A stretch of 64,000 nucleotides of DNA, from the NCBI GenBank assembly GCA_016789705.1, contig JAEUQR010000005.1, positions 215,343 to 279,342 of the forward strand, given 5' to 3'. The position numbers were made by a program, and so were the translations under genes. The notes beneath the pieces are model-generated. The model saw only the letters and a program-made list of their open reading frames with translations. It searched no databases and had not been told where the DNA came from. Numbering within the stretch: position 1 is the stretch's first letter; every line of letters starts with the position of its first letter. Below are positions 9,717-19,358 of this stretch, one piece after another. The stretch comes from Acidobacteriota bacterium. Lineage in GTDB: Bacteria > Acidobacteriota > Vicinamibacteria > Vicinamibacterales > UBA2999.

Positions 9717-10763
9717 TTACCGCGCCCAGCCGCGGCGCGCCATCGGCTCGAGGCAGATGCTGCGGCCGATGGCCGGGGCGATGATGCGCAGCTCGGCCAT
9801 CAGGCGTTCGAACTGCACGGGGAACAGCGACTGGGCGCCGTCGGACCAGGCGTGATCCGGGTCGCAGTGCACCTCGATGAGCAGGCCATCGGCCCCGGCG
9901 GCCGCGGCGGCGCGCGCCATCGGCGCCACCTTGTCGCGCCGTCCCGTGCCGTGGCTCGGGTCGACGAACACCGGGAGGTGCGAGAGTTCCTTCACGATGG
10001 GAATGGCCGAGACGTCGAGCGTGTTGCGCGTGCTCGTCTCGAAGGTGCGGATGCCGCGTTCGCAGAGCATCACGGCGCTGTTGCCCCCGGAGAGCACGTA
10101 TTCGGCCGAGAGCAGCCATTCCTCGATGGTGGCGGCGATGCCGCGCTTCAGCATCACCGGCGTGCGGCCGCGGCCGAGCTCGCGGAGCAACGTGAAGTTC
10201 TGCATGTTGCGCGCGCCCACCTGGAAGATGTCGGCGTACTTCGCGCACACCTCGATCTGCGACGCGTCCATCACCTCGGTGATGAGCTTCAGGTCATGGG
10301 CGTCGGCGCCGGCGCGCAGCATCCGCAGGCCTTCTTCGCCGTGGCCCTGAAAGCTATAGGGCGACGACCGCGGCTTGAAGGCGCCGCCGCGCAGCACCTT
10401 GGCGCCGGCGCGCTTGACGGCCGCCGCCGTGGCGTGCACCTGCTCCTCGGTCTCCGCGGAACAGGGACCGGCCATCACGATGACTTCGTCACCGCCGATC
10501 TTCAGGTCGCCGATCGTGATGACCGTGTCTTCCTGCTTGAACGTCCGGCTGGCGAGCTTGTAGGGCTCGGTGATGCGCAGCACCTCGTGCACGCCGTCCA
10601 TCAGCGCGACCAGGCCGCGATCCACCTTGCCCGAGCCGACCACGCCGAGCACCACGCGCGCGGCCCCCGACGAGCGATGCACGTCCATGCCGCGCTCGAC
10701 CAGGTGGGCGATCACCGCCTGCACCTCGGCATCCGACGCCCGTTCCTTCATCACGACGACCAT
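9717..10763 (-). CDS. aroF: 3-deoxy-7-phosphoheptulonate (DAHP) synthase, type I-beta with an N-terminal ferredoxin-like regulatory domain
   Basis: The N-terminal roughly 70 aa (MVVVMKERASDAEVQAVIAHLVERGMDVH...) are followed by IVMAGPCSAE...RGGAFKPRSSPYSFQG...VDPSHG. These motifs are characteristic of the KDOPS-like DAHPS class. Confidence 0.9.
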   Translation of the reverse strand: MVVVMKERASDAEVQAVIAHLVERGMDVHRSSGAARVVLGVVGSGKVDRGLVALMDGVHEVLRITEPYKLASRTFKQEDTVITIGDLKIGGDEVIVMAGPCSAETEEQVHATAAAVKRAGAKVLRGGAFKPRSSPYSFQGHGEEGLRMLRAGADAHDLKLITEVMDASQIEVCAKYADIFQVGARNMQNFTLLRELGRGRTPVMLKRGIAATIEEWLLSAEYVLSGGNSAVMLCERGIRTFETSTRNTLDVSAIPIVKELSHLPVFVDPSHGTGRRDKVAPMARAAAAAGADGLLIEVHCDPDHAWSDGAQSLFPVQFERLMAELRIIAPAIGRSICLEPMARRGWAR

Positions 10764-10766
10764 GGT

Positions 10767-11108
10767 CTATGCCCCCTGCCCTGTTGCCGCCGGCGCGTCG
10801 CCGCGCCCGGAGTGCTCCGTCCGCATCGCCTCAACCCGCTGGATCCGGCGTGCTTCATCGATGACCCGTTCGAACAGCCGCACGATGGCCTCGTCGTCGA
10901 GCGGACCACCGAGGCTGCGGTTGACGTCGCGCACGTGCGCGAGCACCGAGGCCTCCCGCGACGGTTCGTACACCGGACGTCCTTCGGCATGTTTCACGCG
11001 GCCGATCGCGTAGGCGCAGCGCGCCCGGCTGTCGAGCAGCCGCACGATGACCTCGTCGATCTGGTCGATTTCGGCCCTGAGGGCCTCCACACTCAGCTCC
11101 GCAGCCAT
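10767..11108 (-). CDS. chorismate mutase (AroQ class)
   Basis: [39 protein letters not shown]... fits the AroQ helical pattern (LR.eID.iD..i..LL..R). ATG verified at 11106-11108. It overlaps the trpA 3' end by 16 nt. Confidence 0.8.
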   Translation of the reverse strand: MAAELSVEALRAEIDQIDEVIVRLLDSRARCAYAIGRVKHAEGRPVYEPSREASVLAHVRDVNRSLGGPLDDEAIVRLFERVIDEARRIQRVEAMRTEHSGRGDAPAATGQGA

Positions 11109-11874
11109 CGTACGTACCGTTCGACTTCCCCGCCGAGGTCCGGGTTCCCGGCGTGTTCGGCGACCACCTGCACGAGCGCGGACCCGACCACCGCGGCATC
11201 GGCCCACCGGCCGACGGCGCGCACGTGCTCGGGACGCGAGAACCCGAAGCCGAGCGCCAGCGGCCGGGTGGTCTCGGCGCGCACACGCGCCGCCAGCGAC
11301 TCGGCCGAGTCGGCCACGTCCGCCCGGGCGCCGGTGACGCCGAGGCGCGAGATGCCGTAGAGGAATCCTCCGCCCAGCTCGGCGGCACGCCGGATCCGCT
11401 CGACGGATGTCGTGGGGCTCAAGAGGAAAATTGTATCAAGCCCTTCGGCCACGAACGATGCCCGGGCCTCGCCGGCCTCCTCCGGCGGCAGGTCGAGCAC
11501 CAGCACGCCGTCGATACCCGCTTCACGGGCCCGCCGCGCGAACGCCGGGATGCCCATCCGCACCATCGGATTGGCGTAGGTGAAGAGGACGAGCGGCGCC
11601 GCGACGTCGGCGCGCAGACTGGCGGCCAGGTCGAGCACCCTGGCCAGCGTCGTGCCGGCGGCGAGCGCCCGTTCGGTGGCGCGCTGGATGACGGGGCCGT
11701 CGGCCAGGGGATCAGAGAACGGCACGCCGAGTTCGATGACATCGGCGCCGCCGCGATCGACGGCACGGATCACCTCCGCCGAACGCGGCAGATCGGGATC
11801 GCCGGCCGTCACGTACGCCACGAGGCCGGTGCGCTGCTCGGCACGCAGGCGTGCGAACGTTCCGTCGAGACGGC

Positions 11875-11878
<4 letters not shown>
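11093..11878 (-). CDS. trpA: tryptophan synthase alpha chain
   Basis: The motif [17 protein letters not shown] and the overall TrpA pattern. Its start overlaps the trpB stop by 4 nt. Confidence 0.93.
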
Positions 11879-13100
<1,222 letters not shown>

Positions 13101-13104
<4 letters not shown>

Positions 13105-13727
13105 AGGGAAACGGATGGCACGGCCTGGCGCACAGCGGCGACGAAGGCCTCCATGCGCACGGCGGACTTGACGCCCGGAGTCACTTCGACGCCGGAGGAG
13201 ACGTCCACCCCGTAAGGGCGGACCTCGGTGATGGCGCGCGCGACGTTCTCGGCGGTGAGTCCGCCGGCGAGCACGAGGCGCTCGCGCGCGCTGATGGCAC
13301 TCGCGCGCGACCAGTCGATGGTGCGGCCGGTGCCGCCGTGGCGCACCGGATCGTGCGCGTCGAGCAGGAGCGTCGTGCCGGCCGGCGCCACGGGCTCGGC
13401 GCCGTCCTCGCGCAGGGACGCCGCCCAGAGGACGGGCACCTGCAGCGCGCGGAACGGCGCGGGATCGTCCACCCCGTGCAACTGGATGACGCCGAGGCCC
13501 GCGGCCGTGATGGCAGTGCGCACCTCGTCGACCGAGGGCGCCACGAACACGCCCACGCGCGCCGTCCACGCCGGCAGCGCCCGGCAGAGGGCGGCTGCGT
13601 CAGGCAGGCGCACCGCCCTCGGGCTGCCGGGCCAAAGGATGATGCCAACGGCGTCCACGTCGAGCTGCCCGGCCAGCCGGGCGTCCTCGAGGCGCGTGAG
13701 CCCGCAGATCTTGATGCGCACGCTCAT
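13101..13727 (-). CDS. trpF: phosphoribosylanthranilate isomerase
   Basis: [16 protein letters not shown]... is a typical TrpF N-terminus. 4-nt overlaps with trpC and trpB. Confidence 0.9.
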
Positions 13728-14533
13728 GCCGCCGCCTCCGCGCCGGTCAGGTGGCGCAGATCGCGCGCCGGGTCGTCCGACGTCATGAGCCGTTCGCCGA
13801 TGAGGAACGCGCGATAGCCGAGCGCCTGCATCCGGGCGACGTCGTCAGGCCCCCTGAGTCCACTTTCGCTCACCGCGATGACCTCGGCCGGCATGCGCGC
13901 GGCCAGACGCTCGGAGACCCGCGTGTCTACGGCGAGCGTGCGCAGGTCCCGGTTGTTCACGCCAACGATGCGGGCTCCTGCCGCGAGCGCGATGTCGAGT
14001 TCGGCGTCGTCGTGCACCTCGACGAGCACGGCGAGGCCGAGCGCCGTGGCCGCGGCGTGCAGCCGCGTCAGCGTCGCCGGCGGCAGCGCGCTCACGATGA
14101 GCAGCACCGCATCCGCGCCGGCCACCACGGCCTCGAACAGCTGGTATTCGTCCACCACGAAGTCCTTGCGCAGCAGCGGGACGGACACGGCGGCGCGCAC
14201 GGCGGCGAGGTGCGCCAGGGCCCCGTCGAAGAACGAGGGCTCCGTCAGCACCGAGATTGCCGCCGCGCCGCCGTCGGCATAGGCGCGCGCCTGGGCCACC
14301 GGGTCGTAGGCGTCCTTGAGCACACCGCGCGACGGCGAGCGCCGCTTGCATTCGGCGATCACGTTGACCGCGCCGTCGCGGCCCAGGGCGCGCGTGAAGG
14401 CGGCGCCATCGGGTGTCCGGGCGGTGGCGACGCGGGCGCCGATCCGGTCGTACGACTCGGCCTGCTGCCTGACGACGACGTCGCGCCTGGTCGCCGCGAC
14501 GATCGCGGCCAGCAGATCGGGCGTCGCGCTCAT
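13724..14533 (-). CDS. trpC: indole-3-glycerol phosphate synthase
   Basis: IAECKRRSPSRGVL, SVLTEPSFFDG and LLRKDFVVDEYQ are TrpC motifs. Confidence 0.93.
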   Translation of the reverse strand: MSATPDLLAAIVAATRRDVVVRQQAESYDRIGARVATARTPDGAAFTRALGRDGAVNVIAECKRRSPSRGVLKDAYDPVAQARAYADGGAAAISVLTEPSFFDGALAHLAAVRAAVSVPLLRKDFVVDEYQLFEAVVAGADAVLLIVSALPPATLTRLHAAATALGLAVLVEVHDDAELDIALAAGARIVGVNNRDLRTLAVDTRVSERLAARMPAEVIAVSESGLRGPDDVARMQALGYRAFLIGERLMTSDDPARDLRHLTGAEAAA

Positions 14534-15543
14534 GCCGCCGGCCTCGTGGCGGCGACGAGCGCATCGAGCGTGCGGCTGGCGCCGCCGCTGTCGATGGCGG
14601 CGGCGGCCTGCGCGATGCCCTCGCGCAGCGCCGCCACCTTGCCGCAGATGAGCAGCGCCGCGCCGGCGTTGAGCAGCACGACGTCACGGGCCGGCCCGGG
14701 TTCGCCTGCCAGCACGCCGCGCACGACCGCGGCGTTATGCGCCGCGTCGCCGCCGCGCAGCGCGCCGGCCGCGGCCTTGGGCAGGCCGACGTCCGACGGG
14801 TGCACGTAGAACGTCCGCACGACGTCGCCGTGGCATTCCGAGACCTTCGAGTAGCCGGTGGTCGACAGCTCGTCGAGGCCGTCGGCGCCGTGCACGACCC
14901 AGGCGCGAGCGGCGCCGAGCTGCTGCAGCGTGCGGGCCATGAGCTCGGTGAGCTCGGGCCGCGCCACACCGACGATCTGGAACGGCACGCGCGCCGGATT
15001 CGTGAGCGGGCCGAGCAGATTGAACGCCGACGGCACGCCGAGCGCCCGCCGCACCTCGCCGGCATGCCGCATGGCCGGATGGAACGTCGGCGCGAAGCAG
15101 AAGCCGATGCCGGCCTCGTGCACGGCGCGCTGCACGGTGGCCGGCGGCGCGTCCACGGCGACGCCGAGTGCCTCGAGCACATCGGCGCTGCCGCAGTGGC
15201 TCGAGACGCTACGGTTGCCGTGCTTCACGACCTGCACGCCGGTGGCGGCGACGACGAGCGCCGCCGCCGTCGAGATATTGAAGGTGCCGGCGCGGTCGCC
15301 GCCCGTGCCGCACGTGTCCACGGCCACCGGGCCGGCCTCGATGCGCACGCCGTGGGCGCGCATCGTGCGGGCGAGGCCGACGAGTTCGGCCGGCCGCTCC
15401 CCTTTCATGGCGAGGCCGACCAGCATCGCGGCCACCTGCGCCGGGTGCGCGTCGCCGCGCATCACGATGTCCATCGCGGCGGCGGCTTCGTCCGCCGTGA
15501 GGTCGTCGCGCTTCAGGAGCTTGGTGACGAGCGCGGGGAACAT
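14530..15543 (-). CDS. trpD: anthranilate phosphoribosyltransferase
   Basis: DTCGTGGDRAGTFNISTAAA...KHGNRSVSS are TrpD motifs. Confidence 0.93.
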   Translation of the reverse strand: MFPALVTKLLKRDDLTADEAAAAMDIVMRGDAHPAQVAAMLVGLAMKGERPAELVGLARTMRAHGVRIEAGPVAVDTCGTGGDRAGTFNISTAAALVVAATGVQVVKHGNRSVSSHCGSADVLEALGVAVDAPPATVQRAVHEAGIGFCFAPTFHPAMRHAGEVRRALGVPSAFNLLGPLTNPARVPFQIVGVARPELTELMARTLQQLGAARAWVVHGADGLDELSTTGYSKVSECHGDVVRTFYVHPSDVGLPKAAAGALRGGDAAHNAAVVRGVLAGEPGPARDVVLLNAGAALLICGKVAALREGIAQAAAAIDSGGASRTLDALVAATRPAA

Positions 15544-16112
15544 CAGACGCGCTCCAGGAAGTTGCGCAGCATGCGGCGGCCTTCCCCGGTCAGGATCGAC
15601 TCGGGGTGGAACTGCACGCCGTGCAGCGGGAATTGGCGGTGCCGCAAGCCCATGACCACGCCGTCGTCATCGGCGTGCGCGGTGGCTTCGAGCGCGTCGG
15701 GCCAGCCGTCGGCGGCGACGACGAGCGAGTGATACCGCGCCGCCTCGAATGGGCTCGTGAGGCCCTGGAAGATGCCGCGGCCGTCGTGGCTGACGCTCGA
15801 GGTCTTGCCGTGTTTCGGCGCCGGCGCCGTGGCGACCGTGCCACCGAAGGCGTGCCCGATCGCCTGATGCCCCAGGCAGACGCCGAGGATCGGCACGCGG
15901 TCGGCCAGCCGCCGGATGAGCTCCACCGAGATGCCCGCCGACGACGGATGTCCGGGGCCGGGCGAAATCACGATCCGCGCCGGCGCGAGCGCCTCGATCT
16001 CGTCCACCGTCACGGCGTCGTTGCGCCGCACCTGCAGGTCGGCGCCGAGCTCGCCCAGGTACTGGACGAGGTTGAAGGTGAACGAATCGTAGTTGTCGAG
16101 GACGAGGACCAT
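15543..16112 (-). CDS. trpG: anthranilate synthase component II (glutamine amidotransferase)
   Basis: MVLVLDNYDSFTFNLVQYL...ISPGPG...ILGVCLGHQ...FHPES are class-I GATase motifs. Confidence 0.93.
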   Translation of the reverse strand: MVLVLDNYDSFTFNLVQYLGELGADLQVRRNDAVTVDEIEALAPARIVISPGPGHPSSAGISVELIRRLADRVPILGVCLGHQAIGHAFGGTVATAPAPKHGKTSSVSHDGRGIFQGLTSPFEAARYHSLVVAADGWPDALEATAHADDDGVVMGLRHRQFPLHGVQFHPESILTGEGRRMLRNFLERV

Positions 16113-16114
16113 GA

Positions 16115-17587
16115 TCAGAGCCCCGTGCGCGCCAGTTCGAGCGCTTTGAGCATGGCACGCGCCTTGTCGCGGGTCTCGTCGTACTCGGCGGTGGGGTTCG
16201 AGTCGGCGACGATGCCGGCGCCGGCCTGCACGTACGCCTTGCCGTCTTCGAGCACGATCGTGCGGATGGCGATGCAGAAGTCGAGATTGCCGGCGAAGTC
16301 CAGATAGCCGACCGCGCCGGCGTAGACGCCGCGCGGGCCCGGCTCGAGCTCGCTGATGATCTGCATCGCCCGCACCTTCGGCGCGCCCGACACGGTGCCG
16401 GCCGGGAAGCAGCTGGCCAGCGCGTCGAGACGGTCGTTCCCGTCGGCGAGCTGCCCTTCCACCACCGACACGAGATGCATCACGTGCGAGTAGCGTTCGA
16501 GGCTCATGTAGGTGGGCACGCGCACGGTGCCATAGGCGCTGACGCGGCCGATGTCGTTCCTGCCGAGATCCACGAGCATGACGTGTTCGGCACGCTCCTT
16601 CTCATTGCGCTTGAGCTCGTCGGCGTAGCGCTGGTCCTCTTCCTCGGTCCGGCCGCGCGGCCGCGTGCCGGCGATCGGATGCGTCACGGCGTGCCGGCCC
16701 TCGACCCGCACGAGCATCTCGGGCGAACTGCCGACCACGCTGCGCGGGCCGCTGCGCACGAAGAACATGTAGGGCGACGGATTCACGTGCCGGAGCGCCC
16801 GGTAGACGGTGAACGGGTCGGTGCCGATCTCGGCCGTGAAACGCTGCGACAGCACCACCTGGTAGATGTCGCCGGCGGCGATGTGCTCCTTCGCCTTGCG
16901 CACCGCCGTCTCGTACTGCTCCTGCGTCTGGTTCGACGACAGCACGAGCGGCCCGTCTTCGCGCGTGCGCGGCACCGAGAGGGGGCGTTCGAGTTCCCGC
17001 TCGACGAAGCCGATCTTGGCGACCGCGAACTGATAGAGCGCCTTGAGGTCCTCGTCGCCCGAGATGCGCGCGTTGGCGATGATGAGGATGCGGTGCTGCA
17101 CGTGATCGAAGGCCAGCACGGTGTCGAACAGCATGAACGCGGCGTCGTCACCCGGCATGGCCGCGCCATCGGCGCGGGCGGCGGTGGGCTCGAACCAGGA
17201 GGCCGCCTCGTAGCCGAGGTAGCCGACGGCGCCGCCGGTGAACCGCGGCAGCCCCGGCACGAATGGCGACTGGTACTCGGCCATGAGCCCGCGCAGCGCC
17301 TCGGCAAACGGCACGTCGAGCGTCGTCGTCTCACCGGAGCGCTCCACGGTGACGACACCGGCCGCCGAACGCAGCACCAGGAACGGATCCTTGCCGAGGA
17401 ACGAGTAGCGCCCGACGTGTTCACCGCCTTCGACGCTCTCGAGGAGGAAGGCGTAGTCGGCGTGTTCGGCCACCTTCAGGAACGCGGAGACCGGCGTGAG
17501 CAGGTCGGCGACGATCTCCTTGCACACCGGCACGAAGTTGCCGCGTTTGGCGAGATCGACGAATTCTTCGAAGGTCGTGAGCTTCAT
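16115..17587 (-). CDS. trpE: anthranilate synthase component I
   Basis: MKLTTFEEF... and the C-terminal GAPKVRAMQII.ELE...RGVYAGAVGYLDF.GNLDFCIAIRT. ATG verified at 17585-17587, overlapping the aroDE stop (ATGA). The upstream part of the 696-aa track ORF is Arg-rich junk. Confidence 0.95.
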   Translation of the reverse strand: MKLTTFEEFVDLAKRGNFVPVCKEIVADLLTPVSAFLKVAEHADYAFLLESVEGGEHVGRYSFLGKDPFLVLRSAAGVVTVERSGETTTLDVPFAEALRGLMAEYQSPFVPGLPRFTGGAVGYLGYEAASWFEPTAARADGAAMPGDDAAFMLFDTVLAFDHVQHRILIIANARISGDEDLKALYQFAVAKIGFVERELERPLSVPRTREDGPLVLSSNQTQEQYETAVRKAKEHIAAGDIYQVVLSQRFTAEIGTDPFTVYRALRHVNPSPYMFFVRSGPRSVVGSSPEMLVRVEGRHAVTHPIAGTRPRGRTEEEDQRYADELKRNEKERAEHVMLVDLGRNDIGRVSAYGTVRVPTYMSLERYSHVMHLVSVVEGQLADGNDRLDALASCFPAGTVSGAPKVRAMQIISELEPGPRGVYAGAVGYLDFAGNLDFCIAIRTIVLEDGKAYVQAGAGIVADSNPTAEYDETRDKARAMLKALELARTGL

Positions 17588-19047
17588 ACGGACTCGATCG
17601 GAACGGAAGGGGCCGGCGCGAGACGCGCGCGCGCGGCCTCGTGCATGCGGGACAGGGACGGCGACGTGCCCGTCCACCAGGTGAACTGCGCGGCGGCCTG
17701 CGCGACGAGCATCGGCAGGCCGCCCAGGGTGTCGGCGCCGAGCGACCGGGCGCGGGCGAGCAGCGCCGTTTCCGGCGGGTTGTAGACGAGGTCGTAGACG
17801 AGGTGGCCCGTGAGGTCGCCGGCAAGCGCGAGTGGCGCGCGGGTGACGTCCGGTGTCGTGCCGACGGGCGTCGTGTTCACGAGCACGTCCCAGGCATCGG
17901 GCGGCGGCGGCCACGCGCCTGCCGACACCCCCGTGGCGGCGGCGACGGCCGTGGCGGCTTCGGCCCGGCGGGCGTGCACGGTGACGTGGCCGGCCAGGTC
18001 GCGCAGCGCCTCGGCCACGGCGCGCGCAGCGCCGCCGGCCCCGAGGATGGCCACCCGGTGCGCGCTGAGGTCGCGACCGGCGAGTGGCGCCAGGAATCCC
18101 TCGACGTCGGTGTTTCGCGCCTCCCAGCCCCCTTCGCCGGCGCGCAGGGTGTTCACCGCGCCGAGGCGCGCGGCGAGCTCGTCGGTCGAGGCCGCGGCCC
18201 GCCATGCCTCCTGTTTGAAGGGAGCCGTCACCGAGGCGCCACGCACGCCGAACGCGCGCGCGAATTCCAGAAAGTCGTCGAAGTCGGCGGCCGCGAGCGG
18301 CACGTATACGGCGTCGAGGCCGGCGGCCGCGAAGGCGGCGTTGTGCATCGTCGGCGACAGGGAATGTTCCACCGGACGCCCGACCACGCCGTAGACCGCG
18401 GTCTCGGCGGTCACGGACTGCACGCGGAACTCATCGCGCATCCGCGCGAGTGGCAGTTGCCCGGGGGCGACGCTCTCGCCGGCGTAGGTCCAGAGCGAGC
18501 CGAGCTGCGCCGCGAGAATGCGCGAGGTCACACCCGCCGGCCCCATCGCCAGCAGCACGCCGCGCCCCCGCACCTCCGCCGACAGCCTGTGCAGGGTGAC
18601 GACGTCGGCGAGGCGATGGGCCGTGACGGCCAGCTTCACGACCTCGGCGCCCGACTGTGCGAGGCGGCGCAGCCGTGCCGCCGCGTCGGCCGGCAGGCCC
18701 TCGAAGTCGTGAAACGAGCGGACGATCCGCCGCCCCTCGACGCGGGTCACGAAGTCGTCGAACGCGCCGTCCTCGACGTCCACGTACTCGGCGCCGAGCG
18801 CCCACGCGCGCTCGAGGATGCGGCGGCGGGCGTCTTCGCTGCCGTCGAAGCGGCCGCCCTGCCAGGCGGCACGGCAGGTCACGACGACCGGCAGGCGGCG
18901 GCCTTCGAGCGCGCCGTCCACGTCCACGTCGCCGATCCCGTCGAGGCGCAGCTCGACCAGGTCGGCACCGGCGACGAGGTCGCGGCGGCGTCTGAGTTCG
19001 GCCATCGAGGTGGCCGTGACGGTAGCGCAGAGGCGCGTGGTGGTCAT
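17584..19047 (-). CDS. aroDE: bifunctional 3-dehydroquinate dehydratase (type I) / shikimate 5-dehydrogenase fusion
   Basis: The N-terminal half (LCATVTA.SMAEL...DLVELRLD) is AroD-like. The C-terminal half (YGVVGRPVEHSLSPTMHNAAF...ILGAGGAARAV) is AroE. Start is ATG 19047; TTG 19056 is the ORF-track alternative. Confidence 0.85.
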   Translation of the reverse strand: MTTTRLCATVTATSMAELRRRRDLVAGADLVELRLDGIGDVDVDGALEGRRLPVVVTCRAAWQGGRFDGSEDARRRILERAWALGAEYVDVEDGAFDDFVTRVEGRRIVRSFHDFEGLPADAAARLRRLAQSGAEVVKLAVTAHRLADVVTLHRLSAEVRGRGVLLAMGPAGVTSRILAAQLGSLWTYAGESVAPGQLPLARMRDEFRVQSVTAETAVYGVVGRPVEHSLSPTMHNAAFAAAGLDAVYVPLAAADFDDFLEFARAFGVRGASVTAPFKQEAWRAAASTDELAARLGAVNTLRAGEGGWEARNTDVEGFLAPLAGRDLSAHRVAILGAGGAARAVAEALRDLAGHVTVHARRAEAATAVAAATGVSAGAWPPPPDAWDVLVNTTPVGTTPDVTRAPLALAGDLTGHLVYDLVYNPPETALLARARSLGADTLGGLPMLVAQAAAQFTWWTGTSPSLSRMHEAARARLAPAPSVPIESV

Positions 19048-19054
19048 GAAATGC

Positions 19055-19087
19055 AAAACGCCCCTTCAACCGGAGGTCGAAGAGGCG
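19055..19087 (-). terminator. intrinsic terminator / attenuator immediately upstream of aroDE
   Basis: Minus-strand RNA: CGCCUCUUC (19087-19079), an 11-nt loop, GAAGGGGCG (19067-19059), then UUUU (19058-19055). The stem has 9 bp including one G-U pair. It ends 7 nt before ATG 19047. Confidence 0.6.
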
Positions 19088-19120
19088 CTGGTCGGAAAAC
19101 GAATCGCGTGGAGTGACTGG

Positions 19121-19186
19121 CTACGCGAGACCCGGGGCCCCTTCGGTGTTGCGCCAATACCAATACCAGGCAGCCTGACGCGACAC
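19121..19186 (-). CDS. putative trp leader peptide (21 codons, W-Y-W-Y-W)
   Basis: GTG 19186 to TAG 19121, encoding (M/V)SRQAAWYWYWRNTEGAPGLA. TGG codons lie at 19168-19166, 19162-19160 and 19156-19154. It is followed by the terminator, and a copy of the terminator 3' arm lies inside the ORF. There is no in-frame ATG, so the start is uncertain. Confidence 0.45.
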   Translation of the reverse strand: MSRQAAWYWYWRNTEGAPGLA

Positions 19187-19267
19187 GCCGTACGTGGCGG
19201 CCGTGGTAAATCGGCGGCTCGAAAACGCACGGACGACCGGGGCGACTGCGGTGAACACGCTTCCGGG

Positions 19268-19297
19268 ACGGTACCAAACCGCACGTCCCGCTGTCAA
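19268..19297 (-). promoter_or_regulatory. candidate sigma-70-type promoter for the trp leader transcript
   Basis: On the minus strand: TTGACA (19297-19292), 18 nt, then TACCGT (19273-19268). This is about 80 nt upstream of the leader ORF. Confidence 0.35.
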
Positions 19298-19316
19298 TCG
19301 CGGCGCGTGACGTGCC

Positions 19317-19345
19317 TTGATTCGCCCCCGAGAACCTCGTATAAC
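19317..19345 (+). promoter_or_regulatory. candidate sigma-70-type promoter for the S55 peptidase gene
   Basis: TTGATT (19317-19322), 17 nt, then TATAAC (19340-19345). The -10 box sits inside the 13-nt palindrome CTCGTATAACGAG and ends 13 nt before GTG 19359. Confidence 0.4.
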
Positions 19346-19358
19346 GAGTTGAGCCCCC

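Noticed and set aside
13116-13131. TGGCACGGCCTGGCGC, a sigma-54-like element.
   Set aside because: The GC dinucleotide is one position out of register with GG-N10-GC. The site also lies inside the trpF/trpB coding overlap on the strand opposite to the genes.
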